Of a stretch of DNA of 64,000 bases, positions 63,013 to 64,000 are shown piece by piece. Position numbers and translations under genes: made by a program. Under the pieces are notes generated by a model. It saw only the letters and a list, made by a program, of their open reading frames with translations, was not told where the DNA came from and ran no database searches. Source of the DNA: Balanoglossus misakiensis (taxonomy: Eukaryota > Animalia > Hemichordata); NCBI GenBank assembly GCA_040954595.2, contig CM082582.2, positions 7,752,063 through 7,816,062 on the forward strand, read 5' to 3'. Position 1 is the first letter of the stretch. Every line of letters starts with the position of its first letter.

Positions 63013-64000
63013 TAAGTGTGATCGTGGCACCGTGAAAGGGTGCGTCCATGTTCAATGTCAAATTGCTGCCATGGTCACCATCGCACAGACTGTGATTGGA
63101 TTCTCCATGGTCAAATTGAAGACTGTATCTCTTAAAATTATGTTGTTTACGGTTTCTGTGATGCCAAGCGTCATCAAGGGCAAAGACGCAGTCAAGGCCA
63201 GCAGTATGGTGATTGGTGGGTGTGCCACCAGTACTGCTGAGGTTTTTGTTGTGGGTTCGAAGCCCTACAAGTACAAATCCTATGGTGGTACATGTACTAG
63301 CAGTTCAGGGGCTTGTCATATACATTTGTACATGGACCCAGCTGCATTTCAGTAGCTCTAGGTTTTGCCTGTTGGTTTCTATATTGGACGTCTGGTTTTG
63401 CCGTCCAACACAAACCAACAGGCAAACCTAGAGCCACTGAACTATATTATAATACACTGCACCCCAGATGCGCCCAACCCCAGAGCCTGCGACACATATC
63501 CCATTGCAAATGCAGCAATGTGTAAGCACATGTACTTAATTAATGCAGTGCTAAAAAAAACCTGCAGTTGGGGGGGGGGGGGGGGTCTGTGCAAATTTTG
63601 ATATAGTTATACCTGGGGTAGTAGGGGGCATTTCAACAGATGAGCTATATGGATACAACTTGCAACTGGGTCCACTTTTCATACAGTAGTATTTGGGGTA
63701 TCTTGTATAAAAGTGGTCAGATTCAGCTTCCCCCCCTTATTTGTATGGAAGATACAGATCATGACAGTGATATAAACATTTAGAACAGATACAGTATAGA
63801 TAAAGTGTTCTTTTCCAGTTAGTTGATACTGGGATAACATTGGGTCGACCCAGTTACATGCGTTAGTAATTACATTCTTCGCCGGGCTTTATAGGACATA
63901 TTGGTGTCAAAGGTTTCTAAACAGCAATGTTATTAACCAGTCATGACTTGCAAAAACAGGTTTGAAAGATCACACTGCCAAGCCCGGTAGGTTTATCTGC

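Overview
This is eukaryotic (animal) genomic DNA with AT-rich GT-AG introns; an invertebrate deuterostome is my guess from protein similarity and intron positions, not something shown directly. It holds eight recognisable, tightly packed protein-coding genes: junctophilin (+, first exon outside the window), KLHDC4 (-), ZCCHC14-like (+), RBM39 (+), CHMP1A (+), an intronless TSSK4-like kinase (-), mitochondrial pyruvate dehydrogenase phosphatase PDP (-) and NFS1 (+). It also holds several MITE families, microsatellites and, at the right end, a ~1.1-kb TA-flanked inverted-repeat cassette carrying an uncharacterised ORF with no visible transposase motifs. The most notable observations are ancient microsynteny with human 16q24 and 20q11, candidate poison exons in RBM39, a head-to-head PDP/NFS1 mitochondrial pair, a fold-back (GAT)n/(ATC)n microsatellite in NFS1 intron 1, and the inverted-repeat cargo cassette. 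There are no prokaryotic systems or CRISPR arrays. Exon coordinates were derived by hand from splice signals and recalled protein homology, and no database searches were run.
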